NCBI GenBank assembly: GCA_011109175.1
Contig: RDEW01000013.1
Coordinates: 494,558 to 558,557, forward strand
DNA length: 64,000 nucleotides
Direction of reading: 5' to 3'
Source: Dicyema japonicum
Taxonomy: Eukaryota > Animalia > Dicyemida
Shown: positions 40,105 through 52,830 of the stretch, one piece after another
Numbering within the stretch: the stretch's first letter is position 1
How the letters are laid out: the number at the start of each line of letters is the position of its first letter
The notes under the pieces: model-generated
What the model was told of the DNA's origin: nothing
The model's input: the letters and a program-made list of their open reading frames with translations, nothing else
The model's database searches: none
Translations under genes and position numbers: made by a program

Positions 40105-41592
40105 GGAAAAAGATCATCATTATTCTCACAGAAATATTGTTGGGAGGCGAATAACAGGAGTAGAGGAATTACCGTTAGATATGACAGTTGAGTTCGTTAA
40201 GAACATTATTCATTATACGCCGAATTGGAAGAGCTCTGGCTGTGATAAAGTATATGGATTTTTTTGTCAAGAAATTTAATTCTCTTCATAGTTATCTGAG
40301 TGGAGAGATTATCAAGATATTGAGTGGTAAATATTGCCCGGAAGAATGGTTCTATACTGGGATTACGTACCTCATTCCGAAAAAAGAAGACTACTGTTCT
40401 CCGAATGACTTAGGCCAATTATATGGGTGCCTATATTGTACAAACTTGTCACAAAATGTGTGTGCAAAAGATGACAGAAAGGTGCAAAAGAGCAGGCTTT
40501 AATAAATCATTGTGTTAATGCTGAACATGGAAATAACTTATTCACAACATGGATTGATGTGAAGAAGACTTTCGATTAAGTCAATCATGAATTTTTGTGT
40601 CGGGTTCTTTATAACTCTGGAGTTCCTGAATGGGTTGTGAAGTTCATCAAGAATCTAATAAGCAAGTGGAATGTTATTTGAACCTTAACAAAAAAATTGG
40701 AAAGATCAAAGTCGGAAGAGGAATCTTGCAAGGAGACTCACTCTCTCCCCAGCTGTTTACTCTGGTAATGGACCCACTAAGCCGAATATTAAATATAAAA
40801 TTCCCAAAGATATGTTTGATCAGAGTGATCCGTCTATTGTGACATATGCGACCAACCATTTTCTTTTTATTGACGACCTGAAAATAATTACCGAATATGA
40901 AGATGCTACTCTAAAAATGATGGAGGATATTGGTGAATATCTGGGTGTTGTTGGCATTAAAAGAAACTGTGAAAAGTGTGCAACTAATCTGAAATGTGCC
41001 AAAGATACATGTTATCTACATGGTTGTGCTGGCGAATTCGAAATTAAACGCTGTAAACTTGTTTAAAGCGATAAATGAATACGCACTTTCGCTATTTTAT
41101 TATTATATGGGCTTATCGGCATGAACCACGTGAATTCGAAGCTATTGATTTAGAAATCCGGCGTATACTCTCTAACTTACAAGTGCATTTAAAACATTCT
41201 AACAAAGAAAGATTATATCTCAGCAGAAATAGTTTTGGAAGAGGATTAACCTCAATTTTTGATAAGATTGAATGCATGTTATTTCAAATTTTGACCGACC
41301 TTGAAAGGATATCTTCCATCTGTCTTTGAAGGGAAGGAATCTTGCAGGTCCTAAAACAAAGAAAAACAAATATGACCACTATCGCAAGAATTATTGCACT
41401 CAAATACACTGAAATTATAAAGGAATATCAAAAGAATTATTCGGAGAAGACTAATCAGAATTGCTTCATTCAACTATATGTGTTTTGATACGAATGTGGA
41501 AATCAATGGATCAACTAAATGGTTTACTGGGGGAAACAATAGTCCAAGGTGATTTAATAGAAAAATATAATGATTATTTTTTTTCTTTTTTA

Positions 41593-41920
41593 TAGCCGCG
41601 TGGCGCCATGTGGTGCTTCGTGGCTAATTGATTGAAGTTTCTGTTTTGTTCGTCTGTTCCTCCTCTCTCTTCCTATTAGAGTGGCGTCATGTGATCCACC
41701 TGTCTAGGTGGCGCCCAGTGCCAGGCCGGCACGAAAAAGGATCATTTGCTCTCCCCCACTCCACTGGAGGGGTTTCCACAACTGCAACCATGGACGTCTT
41801 TTACCCTTTATGCTGATTTCGGATGGACTCTATCTGTAGAAGTGGAAACTGGATACATTTAATTAGTTGTTTACTTTAACTTCTTTCTCGGTGTATCCGG
41901 GGTTAATAAATAAAATAAAT
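41593..41920 (+). mobile_element. Short non-autonomous Vingi-like element, copy 2
   Basis: 5' hairpin TAGCCGCG/CGTGGCTA, pseudoknot 41683-41744, 3' stem CTGGATACATT/GGTGTATCCGG, GGGG, TAAA tail. Confidence 0.8.
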
Positions 41921-42214
41921 ATAGATTAGTCATTCATTGACAGGTTGATGACATGTTTGACAGATGTCAAAGTCGCTTTCTGCGCTCGCGACATTTTTGC
42001 GTCTCAAATTCTTTTTCACCTTCAAAATTTGCTAACAATACTTTTTAACAGTTATACCATTTCAGTCGCTCTCTTTGCAAATCCGCAAACAAGACCGTGT
42101 CTTTTACAATTATTCACAAGAATTTCTTTTACAAAGTTATTTATTATTTTTGACTTGGTAAGTGGATCGATTGATATTGGGCTAATTTTATCCAACTTCC
42201 TCAACAAGTAACAA

Positions 42215-44520
42215 TTTATTTTTATTTATTTAAAAACCAAGAATCACCGACAAAACAAAAGAAGGTACCAGCCGTCAGATGATCCTGCCCCCTTGAGCAG
42301 CCATCTTTCCTCGGTGTTCCTCCCGAGTGCCTACACATTTCCTGTATGGACGAATCACTTTTCGGAAGTTTAGGGGTTTTGGCTGAGCTCCCGTTCTCCT
42401 CACGAGTTCCTCGAACGGGGTTGGTTTTAATGACGAGTAAGAAAATCTTTGTAGGGTTTTCGTTATTGTCTCTTGGAAGGAGTTTAATTTCTTTAGGTTG
42501 GTGTGGGATATGTTAGTACCCCATGCCGCGCAGCAGTAACTGATTGACGGAAGTATATGTCGGAAGTAGAGATGATCTACTGTTGGGTGGAACCATCTCT
42601 TGTAGTATCCAAGTAGTGTTTTTACAAAGTTTAATTTTATGTTGCTCACATGTTTTCTGAGGTGATTAATGGGTCATATGTGACCCCAGAGCGCAACAAC
42701 CGTGTTGGGAATAGATCTCTCCAGAGCTTTCGACTCAATAAACAGACAGAAACTGATGAATGTGTTGAGCTAATATTGGATGAATCGTCGGTTAGGATAT
42801 TCAGACTACTACTTGCGAACACAAGACTATCTGTGAGGACAGAAGGAGCAACTTCCCGTAGTTTCAAAACAACGATTGGGACATCCCAGGGTGATTCCCT
42901 CTCCCCTTTACTATTCACCATATACCTTGAATCTGCACTCCGCGACCTCCGTAAATGCTATATAGGAGACATAGAAGAGACATCTTATGCGGATGATGTG
43001 GATTTTGTATCACGGGATGTGACCGCACTCCAACACCTGCTAGAAAATGCACCTGCNTGTGGATTTTGTATCACGGGATGTGACCGCACTCCAACACCTG
43101 CTAGAAAATGCACCTGCGGAGCTTGAGAAATGGTTTCTCAGCGTAAATGTTAACAAAACTGAAATTACGGAAATCAAAAGAGAAGACGATATTACTCATG
43201 AAAGATGGAGACGTACTAATAAGCTCGGCTCTCTACTAGGAGACGCTGAAGATGTACTAAGGAGGAAAACATTGGCAAATGCGGCAATGGCTAAACTGAA
43301 GAAAAGATGGCTAAGGGCCAAAGGACTTGGAGTTGACATCAAATGCAGGCTTTACAACGCGTTTGTGAAACCGATCATACTGTATAACGCTGGGACATGG
43401 GGAAGTTCCTTCAAAGAACTATCAAAACTGGATTCGTTCCATAGAAGGCAACTAAGAAGCTTACTCGGAATGGAGTGGCCACGTAGAATATCAACCACTG
43501 GTATCTACAACAAGAGTATGTGTTCTTATATCAGCAAGGATGTGATAGATGCCGGGTGGAGGCTATTTGGGCATGTACTAAGAATGAACCTGGACGCACC
43601 CGCTAACAAAGCGATGGAAGATTACTTTGACAGATGCGAAAAACCCTTCCGCGGACGACCTAGATCGACACTTCCGACAGCCCTAAACAAAGACTTAAAT
43701 CGTGTGAGAAAAAATCTAAAGACGGGAGACACCTGGACGAATTGAGATCACTCGCATTCGACAGAGGAAGATGGAAAAGACTAACTATAAATATTGTTTC
43801 TTTGAGTGTTGCACATGCGGAACTATAATCATTATGGCTTTCGTGAAAGTGCTTTAATAATAAATAATAATGTGACCCCAGTATTTTGGTTGAATTTGTG
43901 GAAGGGATTGTTATTCCATTTAGGGTCAATGAAGGCGCCGAGTTAATCAATCTTTTATTGGAAGTAAAGATCATAGAGCACGACTTTTTGGGACTTGTGC
44001 GTAGTTGGTTCCTCGTAGACCAACAGTTCAGGTTATCCAGTGAGTCTTGTAAGCGGGTACCCGCTGTGTGGATGCACTGGTCTCTTGTTCCCAGGATTAA
44101 GTCGTCGGCGTAAGCAAAGAATAAGGTATCGTCGCAGCTGTAGGAAGGCACGCCGCTCAAGAATAGGTTGAATAGAATGGGAGAGAGGGGGATCCCTGGG
44201 GGACCCTGTTCGGTAGAAATTTAGTGACTGAAGATGTGGAGTGGGAGATTACTCTTCCTCTTTGTCCGTTGAGGAAGTTAGCGAGCCAAATTTTCAGGTT
44301 GTTCAGAATGTTAGAGCTATAAATCTTCCTAGTGAGCAGTTTCCTCGGTATTGAATCAAAAGTCTTCTGTATGTCAATGGAACACATAATGGTCTTTTGA
44401 TATGGAGGTTTGCGTTGAAGGCCTTCCTTGATGAATTTTGTCAGGCAAGTAAGGTGAGTAGTTGTGAAACGAGCTTTCTTAAATCCATGTTGGAAGGATA
44501 CGTCTGGAAGGTAATGTTAA
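42215..44520 (-). mobile_element. Vingi-like LINE RT and 3' end, interrupted by an RTE
   Basis: QHGFKKARFTTT, IDIQKTFDSI, VPQGSP, AYADDL, TKILGVTYD (across the insertion), RPYRKCVGTREEHR. Confidence 0.85.
42690..43869 (+). mobile_element. RTE-clade LINE, 5'-truncated, 12-bp TSD
   Basis: TSD ATGTGACCCCAG at 42678-42689 and 43870-43881. GTSQGDSLSPLLF, YADD, KLGSLLG, WRLFGHVLR; tail GGCTTTCGTGAAAGTGCTT(TAA)n. Confidence 0.92.
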
Positions 44521-44869
44521 ATCTGATCGATAATGAATTTATCCAGGATTAATTCACTACAATTACATCTGGAAGTATTCCTATAAGGACAAAAGAAGCT
44601 CTGTTTGTTTCTTATAATTGCTCCCTTTAGTGCGGCAAATAAGAAATCTACGCTTTTGAAAAATCCTTTAATCTTTAATAAAAGTGCATTAGGCATGTAA
44701 CGTGGAACATTAAGAAAGTTACCTACTTTGCGACGTCTGATAGTAATTAAATAAATTTTTTTCCTTTTCTTAAGAATAGGTGATTGATCAATTAGAGTGC
44801 AAGAAACCAATATGATGATTCTCCTAATTATAGGGTTTCCTGATTATTAACGTCACTTTCCCGATCAAT

Positions 44870-45115
44870 AGCATTATTCAAGTGAAGGCAGCAAACCTAC
44901 TAAGGAAATAGTCCCCTGTGGAGATCCTGCCCAGAAACCTAAAAAATATGATAGGGGCGACTGGAACAGTGCCCCTGCGAAGGACTTGAGTATGCGGACC
45001 CCGTCCATATCGGAAATGCGCAGGAACGCAGTCGGAACACCGAGAAAAGATACGGAGACTGTTGAGGGAGGCTGGGATCACCAGAATTTTGTTTTCTGGT
45101 TCAGTAATAATAATA
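44870..45115 (+). mobile_element. Vingi-like 3' end fragment
   Basis: HREKIRRLLREAGIT; homologous to 48160-48250 and 42270-42360; TAA tail. Confidence 0.7.
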
Positions 45116-45639
45116 GCGTTACTAAATTTTTAGGGGTAAAAACAAACTTATTTTTTAATTATCTCCGTGGTGAATAAATTCTCAATTGGATTTAGAATGG
45201 CGAGTAAGAGGTAATGTAACATGGAGATTGTCCGTAAAATGATGAATACATGCATTATCAAAGATATCGGGTATTCAATTCCCTTTTCATAACAAAGATT
45301 TTTTAAGGATTCCATAAAATTAGGCATTTATGCAATTTCTGGTTCTGATGACCCCAACAGGAATATAGGTAGAAAATCCTGAAATATTTCATTGTCGTCT
45401 TGGTCTTTAGGATGTAGAAAATCCAACATCATAATGAGTTTAGGGTGTTCTTTTATTCAAAAATATATATACCCTCATCCCATGTTAATGATTAAAAGTT
45501 TACTTGATAAACGAATCTTTTTTTATCGGAAATCCTATTAACATAAAAAGGAGTCAGCTATTTTTTGAGTCAGCTGCTTTAAGAAATGTTTTGCAATGTA
45601 TTTTTTGAGTCAGCCGCTTTAAGAAATGTTTTGCAACAT

Positions 45640-47500
45640 GAATTCTCAATTTTAAGAGAATCAAGAAGTTTCTGCAGCCTGCCTTCAAGAAACAAAAGTA
45701 AAAAAAGAGACTTGAAGTCATGGGACCATACAGAGTTATACTGCTAGAACCAGAATGCAAACATTATGGACAGGGATTTGCTATTCATCGACGTTATACC
45801 AATACGATTCACAGATGCTGGAGAATAAGTGACAGGATCTCTGTCATTCAATTTAAGTTGGAAAAAACGATGATTATCGTTATCAACGCATATACCCTAT
45901 GGGCTTAGCAATGAAATGTCCAGATGAAGTTGAAAACTTCTACATGGAACTCGCAAAGACCATGGACCATATCCGCGCTTTCCCTCGTTTTCCCACGCAA
46001 TAGTTGGAACACGTAGTACGGACGAAAGCTTCATTGGAACTCATAGTGGAAGGAAGAGAAATTCTAGTGGTACTGCACTCGCAGGATTCTGCTGTGCATT
46101 TGACCTCTTTTTTTGCAACATGGTGTTCAAACACCCCGTAAGGCACATGACGACATGGGTCGGACAGAGAACAAATTAGAATAGTAGTTCCGCTTTACAA
46201 TTAATTTAAGTACATGCTTATGGACTCGGGATCTTATGGACGCACTATTGTATTGAGTAAAGCGGTTATCTCTTGCTTTAAACTAGGAAAAAATCAATGA
46301 GTGATCACGAGGAAATAAAACAAACACAACTCTGGAAGATTGGCGATAAAAAGTCTGAACACAAATAGCGTCACCCGCAAGAGATTCGCTGATAAAGTGG
46401 ACGTCTTCGTCTCAAAATTGGACATGAGATACAAAATGTCCAAATAAGAAAGCACTATTGAATAAAAAAGAACTCTATCCTGCAGAAAATAAAGAAAAGA
46501 GTACGCTTGCTCTATGAAAGGACACTTGAACAGTATGCAGAGGAAATTGAGGAAATTAATTTTGGCCCAAAAATGTTCAGAGCAATCCGGCTTTTAAACA
46601 GAGTGGATAAACCTAAAAGATTGATTGTGAATGACAAGAATAGAAGACGAATACTAGACAAAAAATAAATTGCAGAGAATATTGCTGATCACTTTGAATC
46701 GCTCTTCATGAGTGACGATGAACGCATAACTCAATTTGTCGGACACCCCAGATCTTTGACTAAGTTAATTACGATGGTGGAGATACAAACGGCTCTGCAA
46801 AACCTGAACAACAGGATCGGTATCAACGGGGAACTTCTTAAACATTCGCCGCCCTCACTAGTCTATCAACTATGCAGCATGCTAAACGATCTTTTTATAA
46901 AACACATGCCTGTCCTACTAGGGCAGGGAAATCTGACACCTATACAGATACCTGGGAAGCCGGTTAGATCTGTAGAAAATCTCAGGCCTATAATCCTTCT
47001 AACAACTCTACGGAAACTACTATCTCTGATCGTTCTGGAAAGGATTTTTTCCTAATATTGACGAATATCTGTCTCTGGGTAAAAGTGGATTCAGAAGAGG
47101 AAGGTCCAAGGCCGATGTGGTATATAAGGATATTTGCTATGACGGAAAGATTCCAGAAGACTGTTCACATAGTATTGATCTCTCCCCGAGCGTTCGATAC
47201 TGTTCGCAGAAAGAAACTAATTTTGTTACTTGGTAAGTTGCTGGACGAAGGCAGTCAACGGATGATCCGGGTCCTACTTGCGGTTACTGAAATACAAGTC
47301 TGGGTCGGTACAGAGCAATCCCGTAAATTTGAGACACATATTGGCACTCCTCAAAGAGATCTATCTGGAAAAAGCATAAAAGTGTGTTTATTCGCACGTT
47401 TCAACATCCATAAAGGTGCGTTTATAAAATGCATTTATTCTGCCTATTTTGCTGTAAAACTCGGGAACGTGGGATTTGAATCAAACTTGTACCGGTATTT
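45640..47500 (+). mobile_element. RTE-clade LINE, heavily degraded (APE+RT)
   Basis: ACLQETK, YGQGFAI...ISDRISV, INAY, ENLRPIILL, RAFDTV, IGTPQ. Confidence 0.8.
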
Positions 47501-48084
47501 TCTATGAAATGGATATAATTATCGATGATTTTAAAAAATATTGATTTAATAAATTCTTAAACGTTTTCTGTATTCGATTATTTTTTTGGCATTGCTTTTT
47601 TGGCATGGGCTTATTTTCGGAAAACACCGGTACATTACAGGCTTCTGCTTCAGATGATAGGTGGAGAAGTATGTTCCACTTCTTCCATTTTCATCACACG
47701 TCCTACCATCGCGGACATCATTTCATTCTTCGGCAGGAGATTTTTCATAATGTAATCATTACCAGAGGATTTGATCAGGGAGAAGGTAGGAAAATCCCTT
47801 TCAACTACTGTGTCGTGCCAGAAGGACTCGTCGCCTCATGGTTGGATCTGTTTGACGAGAATTGAACTTGGCTGTAAAGTCCATCTTTTGGATTCAAACC
47901 CACGACGTTCAGATCCGATCAAGGCCCAGAGTTGCCATAATAATAAATCCAAACAAGAATTAACTTGTATTGTAATATTTTTTTTATTTAATAATAATTT
48001 TTATTTTATAGTAAAGAAAATAGAGTAAATACGACCAACTCAAGATTTTACTTGTCGTAGTTTTAGGTCCCATCTAGTTTCTTG

Positions 48085-48305
48085 GACACATCTAAACCCT
48101 ACACCTTTTGAGTAACTAGTGAAGAAAACCGGAGCCTTGCTACCCTCCAAAAAAGTTAGAAACCCCCGCCCAATCCGGAAATGCGTTAGAACCCGGGAAG
48201 GACACCGAGCAAGAATGAGATGGCTACTCAAGGCGGCCGGAATCACCTGACGGCTATGTAGTTATTTAATTTGTCGGTGATTTTTGTTTTTTAATAATAA
48301 TAAAT
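48085..48305 (+). mobile_element. Vingi-like 3' end fragment
   Basis: HRARMRWLLKAAGIT*; stem GGAATCACC/GGTGATTTT; (TAA)n. Confidence 0.75.
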
Positions 48306-48309
48306 ATAG

Positions 48310-48480
48310 CTACTGCCCTGACTGCTTGGCTATTCCCTCTCAGGGTCTCAGGATGGCGAGCGAGATTCGCTCAAATAGCCAGCAGCGCTCACGAGGGTCT
48401 CCTGATAGTGTAGCTAACCGATTCCCTTGACGACTCAAGAATTACTGCTTCGCAGGCGCAATGGAACCAAACGTCTCAAC
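48310..48480 (-). mobile_element. CRE-clade 3' remnant
   Basis: GDPRERCWLFERISLAILRP, homologous to 39075-39150. Confidence 0.7.
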
Positions 48481-48591
48481 TAAATTAAAAAAATAATTGT
48501 TTAAATTTTGAGTGATATTAAAAAATAAAAAAAAATAATTGTTTTAAATAATAATTGAGTGATATTATATTTCGTTATTAGTGTTAAGGGA

Positions 48592-49074
48592 ATGAGACGT
48601 TATGAATTGTTGAAGTATTTAAATATATTATGTTTAGTCTCGATGTCCATCAGAAACTGGAAGAGATGGAAGCTAAGTTAAGACAGAAGGATGCTATTTT
48701 GGGTAGGATGGAGGAGACAATTATACTGAATAAACAATCATATTCTACAGAATTGAATACAATTATGTGGAATTACAATGTACTTCAGGATCGATACGAC
48801 AGGTAACTTTCTTTATATTAAAATCAGAATAACTGATAGTTACTCCCATTTACAGAAATTATGTGATTCCCTCGAGAGTCGCCTTATGGATGCTAAAAAA
48901 ATAAATGAAAAACCAGTATTTACCATAAATGTTCAACCATCAACACCACCGGAAGAAATTCAACATACGAAGCAGCAAACCACATTAAAATTAAAACGTT
49001 TTGGAATGCTCCCTGTTTCCCCTTTTTCCTACGGTGGCTTTATCACTCGTTCTGTCGAATTTTTTGAAGGATAA
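48592..49074 (+). CDS. Hypothetical small coiled-coil protein (2 short introns)
   Basis: Two GT-AG introns of 23 and 25 nt give an open frame MRRYELLNLDVHQKLEEMEAKLRQKD...LQKLCDSLESRL...FFEG*; family not recognised. Confidence 0.65.
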
Positions 49075-49828
49075 TATTTTTTTATATAATGAAATGCCTT
49101 GGTAGCTATGTCAATTTTTTATGTTTTGATTATAATTTGGAAATAATAGTTTTATTATTACAAGGCCATTATTAATTTACAACATTTTCTGACAGATATA
49201 AACTTGAGAAGCCAGTTCTCTATACAACAATCACGTTGAATTTAAACCTGCCTTCATATTCGACTTTACCTTTTCTTTGGTGGATAATGCGTTTACAACA
49301 AGAAAAGGAGGCATGGTGTCTATGGGTAATAACGGTTCCACCGCATTGCTAGTTTGACACATTTTCAGTTCAAATCGGATAGAAATCCTGACTGGGGTGT
49401 CTAGGTGGGACCTAAAACTACGACAGGTAAAATCTTGATAAAAGTACCGCTTCGGTCGTATTTCTTAACGATCATAACGGTATTGATTGTAGTTCTTAAG
49501 TAGTTTCTCAAATTTATTTTCGCGCATATTATATTTCAGGTGTATTGTATTTCGTAATCACTGTGAGTTGGAAATCCTCAATGTTAGCTTTTCACATTTT
49601 TTGGCTCTGTAGAGGTGCTCTTTAGAGTCAACCTAAAAGAGAAGGTGTGATGTTTTCTTCATAATAGATGAGTGATTTCTTTTTCCCTTTCCCAATGGGT
49701 ATAATGAAGTGGGAGTAATCAGACTCAATTTTCTAAGTTATCTAAAGAAACTAACTTAATACAATCGTATGAGGGTTCTGTGGCCAAAATACAGGCCATT
49801 TTGAGAATCATGCTATTCTAACACGTTT

Positions 49829-49982
49829 ATTTATTTAACCTCAAGACCACCAGGAAAGATAGGTCAAAACTAACTAATTAGATGATACCAGCTTCCAACA
49901 ACATCCGAACTCTCTTCATTTGGTCTTCTTGTGATCCAAACGCATTCAGGAAGCGTTTCTCTTCCTTCTGCAAAGGAATTCA
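49829..49982 (-). mobile_element. 154-bp 5'-truncated Vingi-like insertion with 14-bp TSD
   Basis: TSD ATTCTAACACGTTT at 49815-49828 and 49983-49996; ...RVRMLLEAGII* then terminal hairpin and TAAA tail. Confidence 0.8.
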
Positions 49983-50105
49983 ATTCTAACACGTTTGGTG
50001 AATCGAACCAAAGACCATTGTTATTTAAATTTATTTTTATTAACAACGAATTGACAAGATTTATTATCTAAGTTAAGTTGCTTGGTTGAGCTGGTGGCGT
50101 GGCTC

Positions 50106-50995
50106 TTTTTTTACCCCAAGATCACCGGATTATTATATTATAAAGCACAACGTCTTGCCATTGGAAATGACAAAACCAGTGCAGTACCAAACATTAATTT
50201 TTAGTTAATTTTCTCCACTTTCCACGATCCTGAGCCAAATCCCTCAAGTAGTCCAGGTAGTCCACATCTCCCGTAGTTAGAGATAATCCTATTCTCTTCA
50301 GGTCTTCATTCAGTGTCGTGTCCAGTGATGCTCTCGGACGTCCTCGGAACTTCACCCCCTCGGTTTGGAAGTATTCCTCCATGGCAACATTAGCTGGAGT
50401 TTCAATATTTCCCCGTAGGTTGTGTCCAAATAGGCTCCAACGAAATTCCATGATGTCTAGTGAAATCGGTTTAGAAGACGTAACAGAGTATAGTTCTTGA
50501 CTTCTTGTTCTCATACGGTCCCAGCACGAATGAATCTTCCGTAGTTGTCCCCGATGGAAGGAGTTTAGTTTTTCAATGTCATCACCGGATTAGAAAAAGT
50601 TAAAAGTTAACTAACAACTAAGTGATCACGGTTTTCCGGGTTCTGGCTCTCGTTCGGGGTCCTCGAATATCCAATAGAATTGGTAGAAACGGGGACGGTT
50701 TCATTCTTCATAGATTCCCCGCTTTTTCTAGATAGTCAGATATAGAGAGTGAAAGCGGACAGCCGGTTTTCATTGCCCAGTGTAGAAATGACTTCACTCT
50801 CCTCCTTAGGTGTTCTTTAACATTCAGTACGTTATCCACAGTTTTCTTATTTATTATTTTCAAGGCAGCAAGTTGTGCGGCTTCTAATTTTTGAGATAAC
50901 GATTCAAAAATCATCGAGCTCCAGGAAAGACATGTGTATTTGATTACTGGCAGTATGTATTGTCTGTAAATTTTCTGTAGTAATAAAATGTTGCG
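50106..50995 (-). mobile_element. Vingi-like 3' region split by an RTE inserted in its terminal hairpin
   Basis: YRQYILPVIKYTCLSW, KLEAAQLAALKII; hairpin GATCAC...GTGATCTTGGGG interrupted at 50133-50580. Confidence 0.8.
50133..50580 (-). mobile_element. RTE-clade 3' fragment with 12-bp TSD
   Basis: TSD ATCACCGGATTA at 50121-50132 and 50581-50592; NSFHRGQLR, RWSLFGH, FRGRPR. Confidence 0.88.
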
Positions 50996-50999
50996 GCTG

Positions 51000-52830
51000 C
51001 GTGGCTCTGGTACACATGTCTAAAAAACACTCATTATACAATCGAGAAGATGAACAGACAACATTCACGGGAAATTATTACATTTTATTAAAAGATGAGG
51101 AATACCTAAAGGACAATTCAAGGATGTTTGCTGCTTTACGGCTGCTGTGGACAAAGAAAGGACAAAATGTCTTTCAAATCAAAGACAAAGAAGTAAAATT
51201 CGTGGGTAACCTAAAAAAACCGAATTAATTGCATGTCACGTTGAAATGTTGCTGAATACAGACAATGAAGAATTTCCCCCTTTCCAGAAAGAACCGAGGG
51301 CATTAATGAATGCCATCACAGTGGAAGAATTTGAATCAGCTCTAAGTAAACTGAAAAATAACAAGATTGCTGGGCCAGATAACATAAGCCCTGAGCTTTT
51401 AAAGTATGGGCCAAACAAACTTAGTGACACAATTGCAAAAATCCTAAATGAAATCTTTGAAACTAATACCGATATAGAACTTGGAAATGGATTATTGATA
51501 CCCATATGAAAACCAAACAAAGCAAAAAGACTAGTAGAAAATCTCCGCCCAATCATACTTCTGAACTCGACATTTAGTGCTGGCAAACATAGCACTAAGT
51601 CGAGTAAAGGGTGTGGTGGATACCCATCAGCAAGTCAAAGTGGGTTCCGATGGTAGATCTACAGCGGACATTGTATAGAGCCATAGATGGCGCTGTGCAA
51701 CGCATCAAAGATTTGAGAGCGCAACGACCGTGTTGGGAATTCATCTCTCCAGAGATTTTGACTCAATAAACAGACAGAAACTGATAAATGTGCTTGAGCA
51801 AATATTGGATGAATCGTCGATTGGATAATCAGACTTCTACTTCGAACACAAGATTATCTATGAGGACAGAAAGAACTTCCCGCAGATTCAAAACAACAAA
51901 TGGGACACCACAGGGTGATTCCTTTTCCCCTTTACTATTCACCATATATCTTGAATATGCACTCAGCGATATCCGTAAATGCTATATAGGAGACATAGAA
52001 GAGATATCTCATGCGGATGATGTGGACTTTGTATCACAGGACGCGACCGCACTCCAACAACTACTCGAAAAATCCACCTGCGGAGCTTGAGAAATGGTTT
52101 CTCAGCGTAACTGTAAACAAAAATGAAATTACTGAAATCAAATAAGATGATGTTGCTCACGAAAGATGGCGATGTACTAATAAGCTCGGCTCTCTACCAG
52201 GAGACGCTGAAGATGTACTAATGAGGAAAACACTGGCAAATGCAGCAATGGCTAAACTGAGGAAAGGATGGCTAAGAGCCAAAGGACTTGGAATTGACAT
52301 CAGATGCAGGCTTTACAACTCTTTTGTGAAACCAATCTTACTATACAACGCTGGGACTTGGGGAAGTTTTTTCAACGAACTAACAAAACTGAATTCGTTC
52401 CATAGAAGGCAACTAAGAAGCTTGCTCAGAATGGAGTGGTTACGTAGAATATCATCCAGTGGTGTTTACAACAAGTTTATGTGTTCGTACATCAGCAAGA
52501 ATGTGATGGATGCCCGGTGAAGGCTATTTGGACATGTATTAATGAACTCGGATGCACCCGTTAACAAAGCGATGGAAGATTACTTTGACAGTTGCGACAA
52601 ACCCTTCCGAGGAAGACCAAAAACCACATTGCCGATTGTCTTAAACAAAGATCTAAACCAGGTAAAAAAGCTCAAAACTGGGCAAGACCTAAACGAATTA
52701 AGATCGCTTGCATTCGACAGAGGAAAATGGAGAAGATTAACGCTAAATATTGTTTTAAGTGTTGTACATGCGGAAGGGGGGGGGATATAAACATTATGGC
52801 TTTCGTGAAAGTGCCTTAATAATAATAATT
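51000..52830 (+). mobile_element. RTE-clade LINE, 5'-truncated, same family as 42690-43869
   Basis: KIAGPDNISPELLK, ENLRPIIL, GTPQGDSFSP, HADD; tail GGCTTTCGTGAAAGTGCC(TAA)n. Confidence 0.9.

Larger units (their letters stand above)
37130..41560 (+). mobile_element. R4/Dong-like LINE, degraded, split by a Mutator-like foldback element
   Basis: FELNKMRFYRRL, FWNDVWEK, PNWKSSGCD, GITYLIPK, RGILQGDSLSPQLF, NHFLFIDDLK, ERLYLSRNSFGRGL. Confidence 0.88.

Noticed and set aside
42997-43117. Perfect 60-bp tandem duplication in the RTE RT around an N at 43057
   Set aside because: An exact duplication flanking a single N is the signature of an unmerged contig overlap.
45551-45640. 40-bp tandem duplication with TGAGTCA (AP-1-like) sites
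   Set aside because: A local duplication at a decayed RTE edge, with no nearby gene start to support a regulatory role.
48040-48080. GGTCCCA hairpin reminiscent of a twister ribozyme
   Set aside because: The other twister elements (UAA cleavage loop and pseudoknot partners) could not be placed.
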